Positions 37,001 through 52,000 of a DNA stretch of 64,000 bases are shown one piece after another. Positions within the stretch are counted from its first letter, which is position 1. Each line of letters opens with the position of its first letter. A program made the translations under genes and the position numbers. This stretch comes from Hormiphora californensis (taxonomy: Eukaryota > Animalia > Ctenophora). The stretch is taken from the NCBI GenBank assembly GCA_020137815.1, contig CM035359.1, positions 6,696,001-6,760,000 on the forward strand, read 5' to 3'. Under the pieces are notes generated by a model, which was given only the letters and a program-made list of their open reading frames with translations, was not told the origin of the DNA and did not search any database.

Positions 37001-40000
37001 ATCAGAAGGTAAGCACATATAGATCGTGCAATACTAGCAATCAACTAATGGTAAACCTGCATTTTACTACTTAATATAACAAAACAAGTACTACTAATAC
37101 AGTCGGATCCCGATTTACCGGGTCCCGATATACCGGAACCCCGATTTACCGGGAAAACCCTTTCCTTCGAGCATACCGGTAAATCGGGATCCGACTGCAG
37201 TACTATCTTATTGCTCTGTTACTGAGCAATATTATAAGCTCTAATTATTATGATTATTATGATTATTATTCCTAGAAAACCTAGAAAACCACATCGCTAT
37301 AAAAGACCACTGACCAGAGTATATTGCCTATCTTGTGGCATAGGAGCTACAAATATCATTATAGGCAATGTTGCACATATGATAATTAATAGAAAGAAAG
37401 ATAGCAGCTGCAGCTCCACCAACCATAAAGCTATAATTGGTATTCCAATAATTTACAACAAGTGCGGTGGGCGGACTCTAGTGCTAACGGACTCTATATC
37501 TAAACCCAAGGAGAACTCTATATCTAACCCTAACCTTTACCCTAACCCCTAACCTCGAACCCAAATAACGGCCCTAACACTTCTAAATTAGTATAGAGGT
37601 ACAGCAAACTCTCGTTTCCGGCCTAACGGCCGAAATCTCGAGTTCGCTTTTCGTGATTTTAGCACTAGAGTCCGCACACCAAATCAAGGTCCGGTAAATC
37701 GAGGTCCGGTAAATCGAGGTCTGGTAAATCGAGGTATGGTAAATCGAGGTCCGGTAAATCGAGGTCTGGTAAATCGAGGTCCGATAAACCAAGGTCTGGT
37801 AAACCAAGGTCCGGTAAATCAAGGTCCGGTAAATCGAGGTCTGGTAAATCGAGGTATGGTAAATCGAGGTCCGGTAAATCGAGGTGTGGTAAATCGAGGT
37901 CCGATAAACCAAGGTCCGGTAAATCTTTGTCCGGTAAACCAAGGTCTGGTAAATCGAGGTTTGCCTATACTAAGTGGTAAAGAAAGATTCAAGAAATATA
38001 TAGAGTGCAGAGTTATTGGAAACCGGTGGAGATGCATTTAGATTCCCAAAAACTACTGCGTGTTCATTCGTCTCCCATCTCCCCTATGGCCTATATGCAT
38101 TTAAATTCCAGTACTTAATTATGCAACTAAATTTTCTCATGGTAATAAAATCTGTGATTATAAGATTAGTCACAAAAAAAGCTAGAATTTATGCATGTTA
38201 TAAATCTAGATTTTCAGACAGTCTCGGAATTGCTAAAATTTAAATAGAATTGAAACAGGTGGAGTGAAAACAATTTTTTGTTTCTCTTGTTATAGCCACA
38301 ATATGTATAGCTATGATAGGGGAAAGCAGTCTTGCCTGAATCTCAGCTCAGGTTCAGGGCTATAATTCTTGGCTATTCTTTGAAAATTCCCTATGAAGTA
38401 GCCGTCACTGAACCCTAAGATCTCAGGTCTCAGGGGCAAATAGCCGTGACCTGATTGATTCAGGCACGACTGTTTTCCCCGAGTGTATCTAGAGAGTAGA
38501 GTGACTTGTCAAGTACAAGTAATTACTTGACAAGCCACTCTACTAGTAAGGGGTGGTCTAGACACCTGTTCTAGTTGTTGAGAAACAACAATGTACTCTA
38601 CGGAACGATCTTTTCATAGAAAATCTTTTCAAAGAAAAAAAGAGTAAAAAGTAGTTTTCACCAGATACTAAACCAGATAACTAACAGATATAACTAACAA
38701 TTATCTAAACGGATACTAAACTGAATTTATTGAAAATGTATATATTTTCCAGGTGTTCCCTATGCTGAGATACCCTCCGAACACATTAACTGCCAGTACG
38801 GAGACCGAGTAATGATTCAATGTGATCACAGCGACGACAGTAAGGTGAGAGCTGATTGACAGCAGTTGTCATTTGTAGCATATATCTACATATTAAGCAT
38901 TTTATTCTTAATAATGAGATCTGAGCAAGAATTAAAATAGGGAAGAAAATCGAAAAAGGGGTTTGGTAGTTAGTGGACAGTGGTATAATATAGCTCCGAG
39001 CATGGCAAACCCAGTATTTTCGATTTTCTTCCCTATTTAATTCTTGCTCAGATCTCATTATTCAGAATAATCAATTAATCTACCCGAGTATGTGTGAGAT
39101 TCAGCTGTTGTTCAGAGCGCGTGAGTGTGTATCAGCACCAGAAGCGAGGAAATGTCAAAATTACATACAGTCGGACCCCGATTTAGGGACACCCTCGGGG
39201 GAAAAGCTCTTGTCCACTAAATCGGGGTGTCCACTAAATCGGGGTCAAATAAGGTTAAATTCCTATATCGGGGGGAAAAAATCCTGTCCCTAAATCGGGG
39301 TGCCACTAAATCGGGGGTCCCTAAATCGGGGTCCGACTGTACTTCTTTTAAGCATTTATAAAATGAATAATCTTATAATGCCACAAAGAATGTGGTTCCA
39401 TTGTTAACTATCAAATATCAATAATATTATTATATTACCGACAAAATATAACACTTTCATAGCAATAATAATCCAACAACCACGGTCATTTCCTGTTAAG
39501 AAGATACATCTTGAATAAAATATATGTGTATACATACATAAAATGTATACATTATATTATTGCGACGATCGTGGGAGTAAAAGAAAATGAATTGAATTGC
39601 ATATTGAATAAACAACAGTGGGAGTGGGAGCTGTATGCAGCATAAAATACATAAGCCAAAGCTTTGCAAGGAGAGGCTCAATACAGCCAAAGAGGGGTGC
39701 AATTAATTTTATCGGACGGGTACACTATTTCTCTTTTTCATTCGAGCTCCTCCGTTTGCAGTAAGAGATAGTAAAAGCAAGAATAAAAGCTTGATAGAAC
39801 ATATCAGGAAAGTGCCCGCACCTAAATATCATCTGTTATGTCTTGAGTTTTTATTGGTCCGTGCATGGAGTAATTAGGCCACGAGAACAAGGCAACTGCT
39901 AAACTGCCGAGAGCGCTATGATATCCGTATCGGTATAGATCAGAAACAGAGTTATATTCGTGAATATTCGGACGCCAATGTACCGAGATGCTCGGGGAGT

Positions 40001-43000
40001 AATTGCAGTGTATGTAGGGGATGACATGATGAATATGCTGTTTTTTCTTGGAACCAGAGCATTCATCATCTGGCAAAGAGGGCTTAGCCATGATCATAAT
40101 TCCATCAGCCTTTTGCGGGATAATTTCTGCAGTCATTGCAGTAGGGGGAGAAGCTTTAAGAAGACAAAACCATTGCGACACTCAGCTCAGGTGTTCCAGC
40201 TATCTGTATTAATTACAAAGCCATATGTTTCAACTTTCATTCATCATACATGCACAATATGTAATTTATTATTGAGAAGTCGAGTTCTATAGAAGCAATT
40301 TCCTATAGGAATTCCTTCTGCAAATCTTCCCGAAAAGCTCGCCTGTCATTTCTCTCTTTTTCTCTCTCCATGAACCAATTGAAACCAGCTATTGCATCAT
40401 GGTCATAAACTCCTATCCCTGCAATGCTTCCAGAAGTTTTAATGCTGTCAGGTATAACACACGTACTTTTCGCTGGTAGTTATTATAGGAGTCATCTTTT
40501 GAAACCACTATCATTCAGGTAGGCGGTAAATGTTAACCAGATCTGAGAGAAAACGTACGTGCAAAACCACGTTTTTGTCCATAACTCAGGCATTTCTTGA
40601 CCAATTTCCAAAATCTTGGGTGCGTTGGAAAGAGGACATTGAGCTCTTTCAAATGAGCCCAATAAAACTAAAATCGGCGCTAAATGCGCGGCGTCATGGC
40701 GCAAAATGCGCGTTTTCGCCACCACGCCGCGCAATTTGCGCCAATTTTTATTTTCTTGAGCTCATTTGATAGATCTCAATGTCCTCTTTCCAATGAGCCA
40801 AAGATTTTGCAAATTGGTCAAGAAATGGCTGAGTTATGGGCAAAAACGTGCGAAATTCTCACAGATCTGGTTAACATTTACCGCCTACCTATCATTCAGG
40901 CTTGAAAAATGAAACAAAGCCTGTATGGCGGCGCCCATTATAACCCAATTTGACAGTGCGCTCAGATGGGGTCAGCGGCGCCAGACAGAACAAAGCTAAA
41001 GCACATATGAAGCAAACTGTTATAAAGCCGGGCCATAAAGCTAGTAAAGTTGATATTTAATTAATTAGTATGGTATCTTCATGCGTCAAACCGAAATCTT
41101 TCAATGCCTTAAATCGTATTGACCTATTTCAATGCTGATCGACAGATTCGATAAACTCGATATAATTAATAGATGATTAATAGGTCTTCACAAAATGTCA
41201 AACGTGTAAATATTTTTCTCTGCCCCCCTCTCTCTCCCTCTCAATCTGGCTCTCTTCTCATTCTTTGTCCATTTTCACTCGTAACTATATGCTCTATGAA
41301 TGTATGATATATGTGAGTCATGACTCGCATAATATATTGCAGTGCAACATACACTATAAGACAGGTGTGAGAAGTAAAACAATTTTCTAGAACTTCCAAA
41401 ATTTCCTTCCTGTGTTCAAAAGCTGAGCAGCATGCAGGCCCCCCACGAAAGGAACCACCCTACCATATAGCTTCTCCTGAAAGGAACCACCCTACCATAT
41501 AGCTTCTCCTGAAAGGAACCACCCTACCATATAGCTTCTCCTGAAAGGAACCACCCTACCATATAGCTTCTCCTGAAAGGAACCACCCTACCATATAGCT
41601 TCTCCTGAAAGGAACCACCCTACCATATAGCTTCTCCTGAAAGGAACCACCCTACCATATAGCTTCTCCTGAAAGGAACCACCCTACCATATAGCTTCTC
41701 CTGAAAGGAACCACCCTACCATATAGCTTCTCCTGAAAGGAACCACCCTACCATATAGCTTCTCCTGAAAGGAACCACCCTACCATATAGCTTCTCCTGA
41801 AAGGAACCACCCTACCATATAGCTTCTCCTGAAAGGAACCACCCTACCATATAGCTTCTCCTGAAAGGAACCACCCTACCATATAGCTTCTCCTGAAAGG
41901 AACCACCCTACCATATAGCTTCTCCTGAAAGGAACCACCCTACCATATAGCTTCTCCTGAAAGGAACCACCCTACCATATAGCTTCTCCTGAAAGGAACC
42001 ACCCTACCATATAGCTTCTCCTGAAAGGAACCACCCTACCATATAGCTTCTCCTGAAAGGAACCACCCTACCATATAGCTACTCCTGAAAGGAACCACCC
42101 TACCATATAGCTACTCCTGAAAGGAACCACCCTACCATATAGCTACTCCTGAAAGGAACCACCCTACCATATAGCTACTCCTGAAAGGAACCACCCTACC
42201 ATATAGCTACTCCTGAAAGGAACCACCCTACCATATAGCTACTCCTGAAAGGAACCACCCTACCATATACTACCTAACCCTACATATAGCTACTCCTGAA
42301 AGGAACCACCCTACCATATAGCTACTCCTGAAAGGAACCACCCTACCATATAGCTACTCCTGAAAGGAACCACCCTACCATATAGCTACTCCTGAAAGGA
42401 ACCACCCTACCATATAGCTACTCCTGAAAGGAACCACCCTACCATATAGCTACTCCTGAAAGGAACCACCCTACCATATAGCTACTCCTGAAAGGAACCA
42501 CCCTACCATATAGCTACTCCTGAAAGGAACCACCCTACCATATAGCTACTCCTGAAAGGAACCACCCTACCATATAGCTACTCCTGAAAGGAACCACCCT
42601 ACCATATAGCTACTCCTGAAAGGAACCACCCTACCATATAGCTACTCCTGAAAGGAACCACCCTACCATATAGCTACTCCTGAAAGGAACCACCCTACCA
42701 TATAGCTACTCCTGAAAGGAACCACCCTACCATATAGCTACTCCTGAAAGGAACCACCCTACCATATAGCTACTCCTGAAAGGAACCACCCTACCATATA
42801 GCTACTCCTGAAAGGAACCACCCTACCATATAGCTACTCCTGAAAGGAACCACCCTACCATATAGCTACTCCTGAAAGGAACCACCCTACCATATAGCTA
42901 CTCCTGAAAGGAACCACCCTACCATATAGCTACTCCTGAAAGGAACCACCCTACCATATAGCTACTCCTGAAAGGAACCACCCTACCATATAGCTACTCC

Positions 43001-46000
43001 TGAAAGGAACCACCCTACCATATAGCTACTCCTGAAAGGAACCACCCTACCATATAGCTACTCCTGAAAGGAACCACCCTACCATATAGCTACTCCTGAA
43101 AGGAACCACCCTACCATATAGCTACTCCTGAAAGGAACCACCCTACCATATAGCTACTCCTGAAAGGAACCACCCTACCATATAGCTACTCCTGAAAGGA
43201 ACCACCCTACCATATAGCTTACTCCTGAAAGGAACCACCCTACCATATAGCTTACTCCTGAAAGGAACCACCCTACCATATAGCTTCTCCTGAAAGGAAC
43301 CACCCTACCATATAGCTTCTCCTGAAAGGAACCACCCTACCATATAGCTTACTCCTGAAAGGAACCACCCTACCATATAGCTTACTCCTGAAAGGAACCA
43401 CCCTACCATATAGCTACTCCTGAAAGGAACCACCCTACCATATAGCTACTCCTGAAAGGAACCACCCTACCATATAGCTACTCCTGAAAGGAACCACCCT
43501 ACCATATAGCTACTCCTGAAAGGAACCACCCTACCATATAGCTACTCCTGAAAGGAACCACCCTACCATATAGCTACTCCTGAAAGGAACCACCCTACCA
43601 TATAGCTACTCCTGAAAGGAACCACCCTACCATATAGCTACTCCTGAAAGGAACCACCCTACCATATAGCTACTCCTGAAAGGAACCACCCTACCATATA
43701 GCTACTCCTGAAAGGAACCACCCTACCATATAGCTACTCCTGAAAGGAACCACCCTACCATATAGCTACTCCTGAAAGGAACCACCCTACCATATAGCTA
43801 CTCCTGAAAGGAACCACCCTACCATATAGCTACTCCTGAAAGGAACCACCCTACCATATAGCTACTCCTGAAAGGAACCACCCTACCATATAGCTACTCC
43901 TGAAAGGAACCACCCTACCATATAGCTACTCCTGAAAGGAACCACCCTACCATATAGCTACTCCTGAAAGGAACCACCCTACCATATAGCTACTCCTGAA
44001 AGGAACCACCCTACCATATAGCTACTCCTGAAAGGAACCACCCTACCATATAGCTACTCCTGAAAGGAACCACCCTACCATATAGCTACTCCTGAAAGGA
44101 ACCACCCTACCATATAGCTACTCCTGAAAGGAACCACCCTACCATATAGCTACTCCTGAAAGGAACCACCCTACCATATAGCTACTCCTGAAAGGAACCA
44201 CCCTACCATATAGCTACTCCTGAAAGGAACCACCCTACCATATAGCTACTCCTGAAAGGAACCACCCTACCATATAGCTACTCCTGAAAGGAACCACCCT
44301 ACCATATAGCTACTCCTGAAAGGAACCACCCTACCATATAGCTACTCCTGAAAGGAACCACCCTACCATATAGCTACTCCTGAAAGGAACCACCCTACCA
44401 TATAGCTACTCCTGAAAGGAACCACCCTACCATATAGCTACTCCTGAAAGGAACCACCCTACCATATAGCTACTCCTGAAAGGAACCACCCTACCATATA
44501 GCTACTCCTGAAAGGAACCACCCTACCATATAGCTACTCCTGAAAGGAACCACCCTACCATATAGCTACTCCTGAAAGGAACCACCCTACCATATAGCTA
44601 CTCCTGAAAGGAACCACCCTACCATATAGCTACTCCTGAAAGGAACCACCCTACCATATAGCTACTCCTGAAAGGAACCACCCTACCATATAGCTACTCC
44701 TGAAAGGAACCACCCTACCATATAGCTACTCCTGAAAGGAACCACCCTACCATATAGCTACTCCTGAAAGGAACCACCCTACCATATAGCTACTCCTGAA
44801 AGGAACCACCCTACCATATAGCTACTCCTGAAAGGAACCACCCTACCATATAGCTACTCCTGAAAGGAACCACCCTACCATATAGCTACTCCTGAAAGGA
44901 ACCACCCTACCATATAGCTACTCCTGAAAGGAACCACCCTACCATATAGCTACTCCTGAAAGGAACCACCCTACCATATAGCTACTCCTGAAGGAACCAC
45001 CCTACCATATAGCTACTCCTGAAAGGAACCACCCTACCATATAGCTACTCCTGAAAGGAACCACCCTACCATATAGCTACTCTGAAAGGAACCACCCTAC
45101 CATATAGCTACTCCTGAAAGGAACCACCCTACCATATAGCTTACTCCTGAAAGGAACCACCCTACCATATAGCTACTCCTGAAAGGAACCACCCTACCAT
45201 ATAGCTTCTCCTGAAAGGAACCACCCTACCATATAGCTTCTCCTGAAAGGAACCACCCTACCATATAGCTATCTCCTGAAAGGAACCACCCTACCATATA
45301 GCTTCTCCTGAAAGGAACCACCCTACCATATAGCTACTCCTGAAAGGAACCACCCTACCATATAGCTACTCCTGAAAGGAACCACCCTACCATATAGCTA
45401 CTCCTGAAAGGAACCACCCTACCATATAGCTACTCCTGAAAGGAACCACCCTACCATATAGCTTACTCCTGAAAGGAACCACCCTACCATATAGCTACTC
45501 CTGAAAGGAACCACCCTACCATATAGCTACTCCTGAAAGGAACCACCCTACCATATAGCTACTCCTGAAAGGAACCACCCTACCATATAGCTACTCCTGA
45601 AAGGAACCACCCTACCATATAGCTACTCCTGAAAGGAACCACCCTACCATATAGCTACTCCTGAAAGGAACCACCCTACCATATAGCTACTCCTGAAAGG
45701 AACCACCCTACCATATAGCTACTCCTGAAAGGAACCACCCTACCATATAGCTACTCCTGAAAGGAACCACCCTACCATATAGCTACTCCTGAAAGGAACC
45801 ACCCTACCATATAGCTACTCCTGAAAGGAACCACCCTACCATATAGCTACTCCTGAAAGGAACCACCCTACCATATAGCTACTCCTGAAAGGAACCACCC
45901 TACCATATAGCTACTCCTGAAAGGAACCACCCTACCATATAGCTACTCCTGAAAGGAACCACCCTACCATATAGCTACTCCTGAAAGGAACCACCCTACC

Positions 46001-49000
46001 ATATAGCTACTCCTGAAAGGAACCACCCTACCATATAGCTACTCCTGAAAGGAACCACCCTACCATATAGCTACTCCTGAAAGGAACCACCCTACCATAT
46101 AGCTACTCCTGAAAGGAACCACCCTACCATATAGCTACTCCTGAAAGGAACCACCCTACCATATAGCTACTCCTGAAAGGAACCACCCTACCATATAGCT
46201 ACTCCTGAAAGGAACCACCCTACCATATAGCTACTCCTGAAAGGAACCACCCTACCATATAGCTACTCCTGAAAGGAACCACCCTACCATATAGCTTCTC
46301 CTGAAAGGAACCACCCTACCATATAGCTACTCCTGAAAGGAACCACCCTACCATATAGCTACTCCTGAAAGGAACCACCCTACCATATAGCTACTCCTGA
46401 AAGGAACCACCCTACCATATAGCTACTCCTGAAAGGAACCAGTACCCTACCATATAGCTACTCCTGAAAGGAACCACCCTACCATATAGCTACTCCTGAA
46501 AGGAACCACCCTACCATATAGCTACTCCTGAAAGGAACCAGTACCCTACCATATAGCTACTCCTGAAAGGAACCACCCTACCATATAGCTACTCCTGAAA
46601 GGAACCACCCTACCATATAGCTACTCCTGAAAGGAACCACCCTACCATATAGCTTCTCCTGAAAGGAACCACCCTACCATATAGCTACTCCTGAAAGGAA
46701 CCAGTACCCTACCATATAGCTTCTCCTGAAAGGAACCACCCTACCATATAGCTACTCCTGAAAGGAACCACCCTACCATATAGCTACTCCTGAAAGGAAC
46801 CACCCTACCATATAGCTTCTCCTGAAAGGAACCAGTACCCTACCATATAGCTTCTCCTGAAAGGAACCAGTACCCTACCATATAGCTACTCCTGAAAGGA
46901 ACCACCCTACCATATAGCTACTCCTGAAAGGAACCACCCTACCATATAGCTACTCCTGAAAGGAACCACCCTACCATATAGCTACTCCTGAAAGGAACCA
47001 CCCTACCATATAGCTTCTCCTGAAAGGAACCACCCTACCATATAGCTACTCCTGAAAGGAACCACCCTACCATATAGCTACTCCTGAGTGAGCTTATCAC
47101 TCTCTAACTTTAGGTTGTTCGAAGCTGTATATAGAAAATCATTTTCCTCCTCTCGCGGGTTGTATCCACAACTTATTATTAATTAATCATAGCTAATTGA
47201 TAATCAATTATAACTTATTAGGTAATTAACTTATCATTAGGTAATTAACTAATTGATAATTAACATTTCAGGTGAGTTGGATGAAGAATGGATTTGAGTT
47301 GGAGATGGATGAGCTTAACATGAAGATGGATAATACTGGAATGCTAATTCTCCAACAGGTAACTGCTCTTCCTTTGGTTACGAAGTCACCCCTTTTATTG
47401 GATATACTCCGTGAGCTATATTACGCGGAGAGGTAATTTCATTACCAAGATCTTCGTCCTCCAACTGTGAGCTTCGGGTACTCTGGAGATTCTAGTATGA
47501 TAGGGGGTAGCCCTATTAGGAGCTCCGACTGGGGGTTCGTGGGCTGTGAGTGTTTTGGGGTTCTCCTGGACGAGTGGGATGTCTCAGTGCACATGCACGT
47601 GAAACAACCGTAGGGAAGGATGACTAGGGGTGGATGAATCCTAGTATAGTACTCGAACACAATAAAACAACACGGTTCACCACGGTATGAACATCAAAGT
47701 ACGAAGTTTGGGATACAACACTAAAAGATACTCGGGTCGGTCACAACTCACACTTTACAATCTTTTCTCGCTCCTTGCTTATAAACTCCTAGTACTCAGA
47801 CATCACGTGACTCTTTACTAAAGCTAGAACCGTGCTTCACCTAGGACCAAAGTTAGCGGATCTGCCGTGCCGATAGATGTCAACAGCAGGCAGGCTAGAC
47901 CAACTCACTTTTCCATATCTCGAGCCTAGCTCTAACACGGGTCTCTGCCAGGGGTGTAGGAATAGTGGGGGGGGGGCGAGGGGGGCGGCCGCCCCCCCCC
48001 CACTTTTGGAGGTTCGCCCCCTCACTTTTGTCGCCAACAGTCAACACTCACTCCCAAATGACGAAATCATGACTTTTTGGCTCAAAACCCTAAAAATTTT
48101 CTCGGGCTCCGCTGTCGCTCCGCCCGATGTATAGTAAATGCAATGGAATAGGTGGCTAAATCTTGCTCACAAAAAAATTTCTTGGGCGCTGGCCAGCGCT
48201 GTAATTGGTCACGTGACTTCGCCCCCTCACTTGAAAAATCATTCCTACACCCCTGGTCTCTGCGTCTCCGAAACTCATCAGTTACAGTTCACCAAACTCA
48301 AGCTAGCTACCAGTCGAGTTCTCTCTTCTTGACACGATGACAAGTTACAAGACGAAAGAACTAAACCAGTGCTACTCTGCTATTTGGCTTCTTCACACTT
48401 GTTTCTTTCCCGAAAACAAGCTACCATACCAAATAATAATATCACTGAGCTAGATGTAAAGGGGGGTATAGGGGGTTCTTGCATACTCTACACAACTACT
48501 AATACATCATGTAGTTTAACGGAATAGGAGTATGTTCATGGAAAGATCATATTGGTGATTTTACAAGTGATTTTACAGACCGAGTACGAAGCTACGGGTA
48601 CCTACCAGTGTGTTGCTAACAACTTCTGTGGCACATCCAAAGCAGAATGCAACGTGAATGTCTGTAAGTCAAGAATATGCAACTGTACTAATTAGCAACA
48701 TTCCTTAATTAGTGTGATATATTACTCGATTCCTATTTGTACTATGTATACATCGGGAAACAAATTTTGTAGACCAAAAAATCAAAATTTACTTCATTTT
48801 ATTAATTTCTATCGAAACTGTTTTACTATTTTTACTGAAAACAGTAAAACAGTAGTATATCAGATCACAATGATTACCTTTCCCAGCTCGTCGAGATCCT
48901 GATAGATGTGAGGAGGGGGTTGCGTTGGTGGAATGTTTTGCGGATCCCTGTATGGACATGGTGTGTGAGGGAATGCCTGAGGTAATTATGATCTGAATTT

Positions 49001-52000
49001 TAATAACCCCCTCAACTCGTGTTCAGTAAGTCATCTTCTTACTCAACAACTCCACTACATGCCCAATAATAAGTTTAGTCTTTTAAAATTATCAAAGGAT
49101 AATTTGGTTTTGGATTACTTTGGTTATTTTCCAGCTTATATAATGCAAACAAACAATGGTCGCTCGTTATATGTCCGGCCTTTCCGACACAAAAGCTGCA
49201 CGAAGCAGTAGAAAATAAAGGGTTACCAATTATAGAGGGGTCACCAACAAATATCTGAGATATAAGTTCCTGAAAATATTCTCGAGAAGGAACGGCCGTG
49301 ACCAATTAACGCACATGTGCCAAACATAAGTACCTTTCTCTCCATCCCTCAGCACATAGTAGTATGAAAATATGCTTCTCAAAGCTACCTCTCGACATGT
49401 GCTAACCATGATACATATGCTAACCATGTGCTAACCATGTGCTAACCATATATGGCCATATATAGCCATATTTAAATCATGCCTTTATAACATAGCATGT
49501 TTCCCCTCTTCCTGCCTCCTCTCTCTCTATCTTTCTCTTTTCTCTCTCTTTCCCTTTTTCCCTCCCTCTCTCTCTGATTTATAAAGAACAGTAAAACCGA
49601 ATATAATTTTTGATCAGACTTTCTCCAGTTAAGCGGCCAGCCTACCCAATATATCACATAATATAAACCCTAGCGGTAGTATCGTCCTGAAATAAATGAC
49701 CGTGTCCCTCTTCGTGTGTTCCCAAAAGCTTCTGCCAATTTACTTGATTTTTATTACCATCAAATCGTTGTTTATATATAAGGGCATAAACCCTATATTA
49801 TACACACACACATATATAGTAGAGGCAATAATTACACTCACCTCCTCTGATTTCTATGAAACTTCTCCCATGCTAAGAGGTGGCAATAGAGGTTCAAATA
49901 CCGCAGAGTTTAAGTCTGAACAATGTTCGGTTCGTTAATTATCGCTAATTGAAAAACGCCAAAATGGCCTAAAATCGCCCTAAGTTCCGAATTGAAATTT
50001 TGGAGTTGAGACTCCAGACTTCGTAGAGATGTCCGCTAGGATGACAATATGCACCAAAATCGGACGGAAGCCTAAATTCGTCCGAATTCGGTACGAAAAG
50101 CCGGGTAGACTGATTTTTGGTCACGTGACATGGGTCCAAAATCAGTTTTTTTTCCATTTACGCCTTTCCTGTACGTCGGAGACAAAAAATATGGCCAATA
50201 CTTGTCATTTCCATCGCTTTCTGCATCTTTTAAGCCCCCTATAAATATCCCTTACTTCAACGGTTCAGAAGTTAGAGTTTTTCAGGAGACTAAATGACGT
50301 CACTTCTGAACCGTTGAAGTAAGGGATGTTTATAGGGGGCTTAAAAGATGCAGAAAGCGATGGAAATGACAAGTACTGGCTATATTTTTTGTCTCCGACG
50401 TACAGGAAAGGCGTAAATGGCAAAAAACTGATTTTGGACCCATGTCACGTGACCAAAAATCAGTCTACCCGGCTTTTCGTACCGAATTCGGACGAATTTA
50501 GGCTTCCGTCCGATTTTGGTGCATATTGTCATCCTAGCGGACATCTCTACGAAGTCTGGAGGCTCAACTCCAAAATTTCAATTCGGAACTTAGGGCGATT
50601 TTAGGCCATTTTGGCGTTTTTCAATTAGCGATAATTAACAAACCGAACATTGTTCAGACTTAAACTCTGCGGTATTTGAACCTCTATTGCCACCTCTTAG
50701 CATGGGAGAAGTTTCATAGAAATCAGAGGAAGTGAGTGTAATTATTGCCTCTACTAATATACATAAACCCTACTCCTACAGTTGAGATGCCAAGCTACTC
50801 GATGTGGAGAGTGTGGATATGAATGGGTGGATGAGATGAACAGAAACATGACTTGCCCCGAATTACAAGGTATACATTTAGTTTACTCATACAAATACAT
50901 TAGTAGAGGGTTGAGCTCAATTGAGGGGGTTGGAGCACTGGGAGATAATGAGTATTGAGCAAGTGTGTGTTTACTCAATACGTTTAGTTTACTTTTACTT
51001 ATTTGTAAAGCTAACAAATTAATATTAAATCAATATTAAATCAATAAATGTCAAACCAATTGATAGTTTTAATATCAAACCTATTTCTTTCGCCCGATCT
51101 CGATTTTTCTCTCTCTCGTTCTCTCCCTATAGCCTCTCGTTCTTTCCTTCTCGTGACACGACGGTCTTTGTCCTCAAATAGTTTATACTTAAAATAATAT
51201 ACGAGAATCACGGCAAAGATAGAAAGAGTGAGATATAGAGAGATATAAATATATCAGAGAGAGAGAGAGGGAGAGAGAGAGAGAGAGAGAAGAGCGATAT
51301 AGATAACGGGAGAGAGATTGGGTAGCTCGGCCTACCTCTACGGACTACTTAAGCCGCAGTCGACTGATTTTGGTCGGGTTTAAATTTCTCTTCCCCCCAA
51401 GGTCTCCCTCCTTTTAACTCGAGATCCCCATGCCGAATGAGAGGAAAGGCAGAATCTAAATAGACATGTTAAATTTAAAACTCTAAAGTACCGCATTAGG
51501 TAATCAAACTTTATACTTTATAGCCCAGTAATATAATTAAAACAACTAAAGTGCATAAAAAGCCCAGTGTTAAACAAATAAACTTCAACATGGTTTATAT
51601 CCCAGTTCAACCCTTTCAGCTCCAATGATAATTGACACACAATTAGTTGCACTGACTCCCGAAGGAGAGGACGCTGTTCTACCGTGCAAGGCTACCGGGT
51701 ATCCCGAGCCTACCATTACATGGTCACTAGCAGGTAATATGTTAGAATTATATTTAGGGTGGAAGTATTCGATAAAGTCACACACCCAGGCGCCTATTAT
51801 AATTGCTGTAGTTTTCAAAATCAGATGGAAGCCCCCCAAAACACATCCCCATTTTCAGATGGCACTAGCATTGAGGGGATGAAGAAACATTCACTCCGCG
51901 GAAATGATACTCTAGTTATTAGACAGGTATGTCTTGTTGAAACAGCTCGATTGTAAAACTTACCATCGCGATGCAGGGAAATAGGGTACCGAGCAAAGCA

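Noticed and set aside
41447-47086. CRISPR array
   Set aside because: 32-bp units are contiguous with no unique spacers, no cas genes, and the context is eukaryotic.
47376-48350. Solo LTR
   Set aside because: Termini are only loosely TG..CA-like and no TSD could be established.
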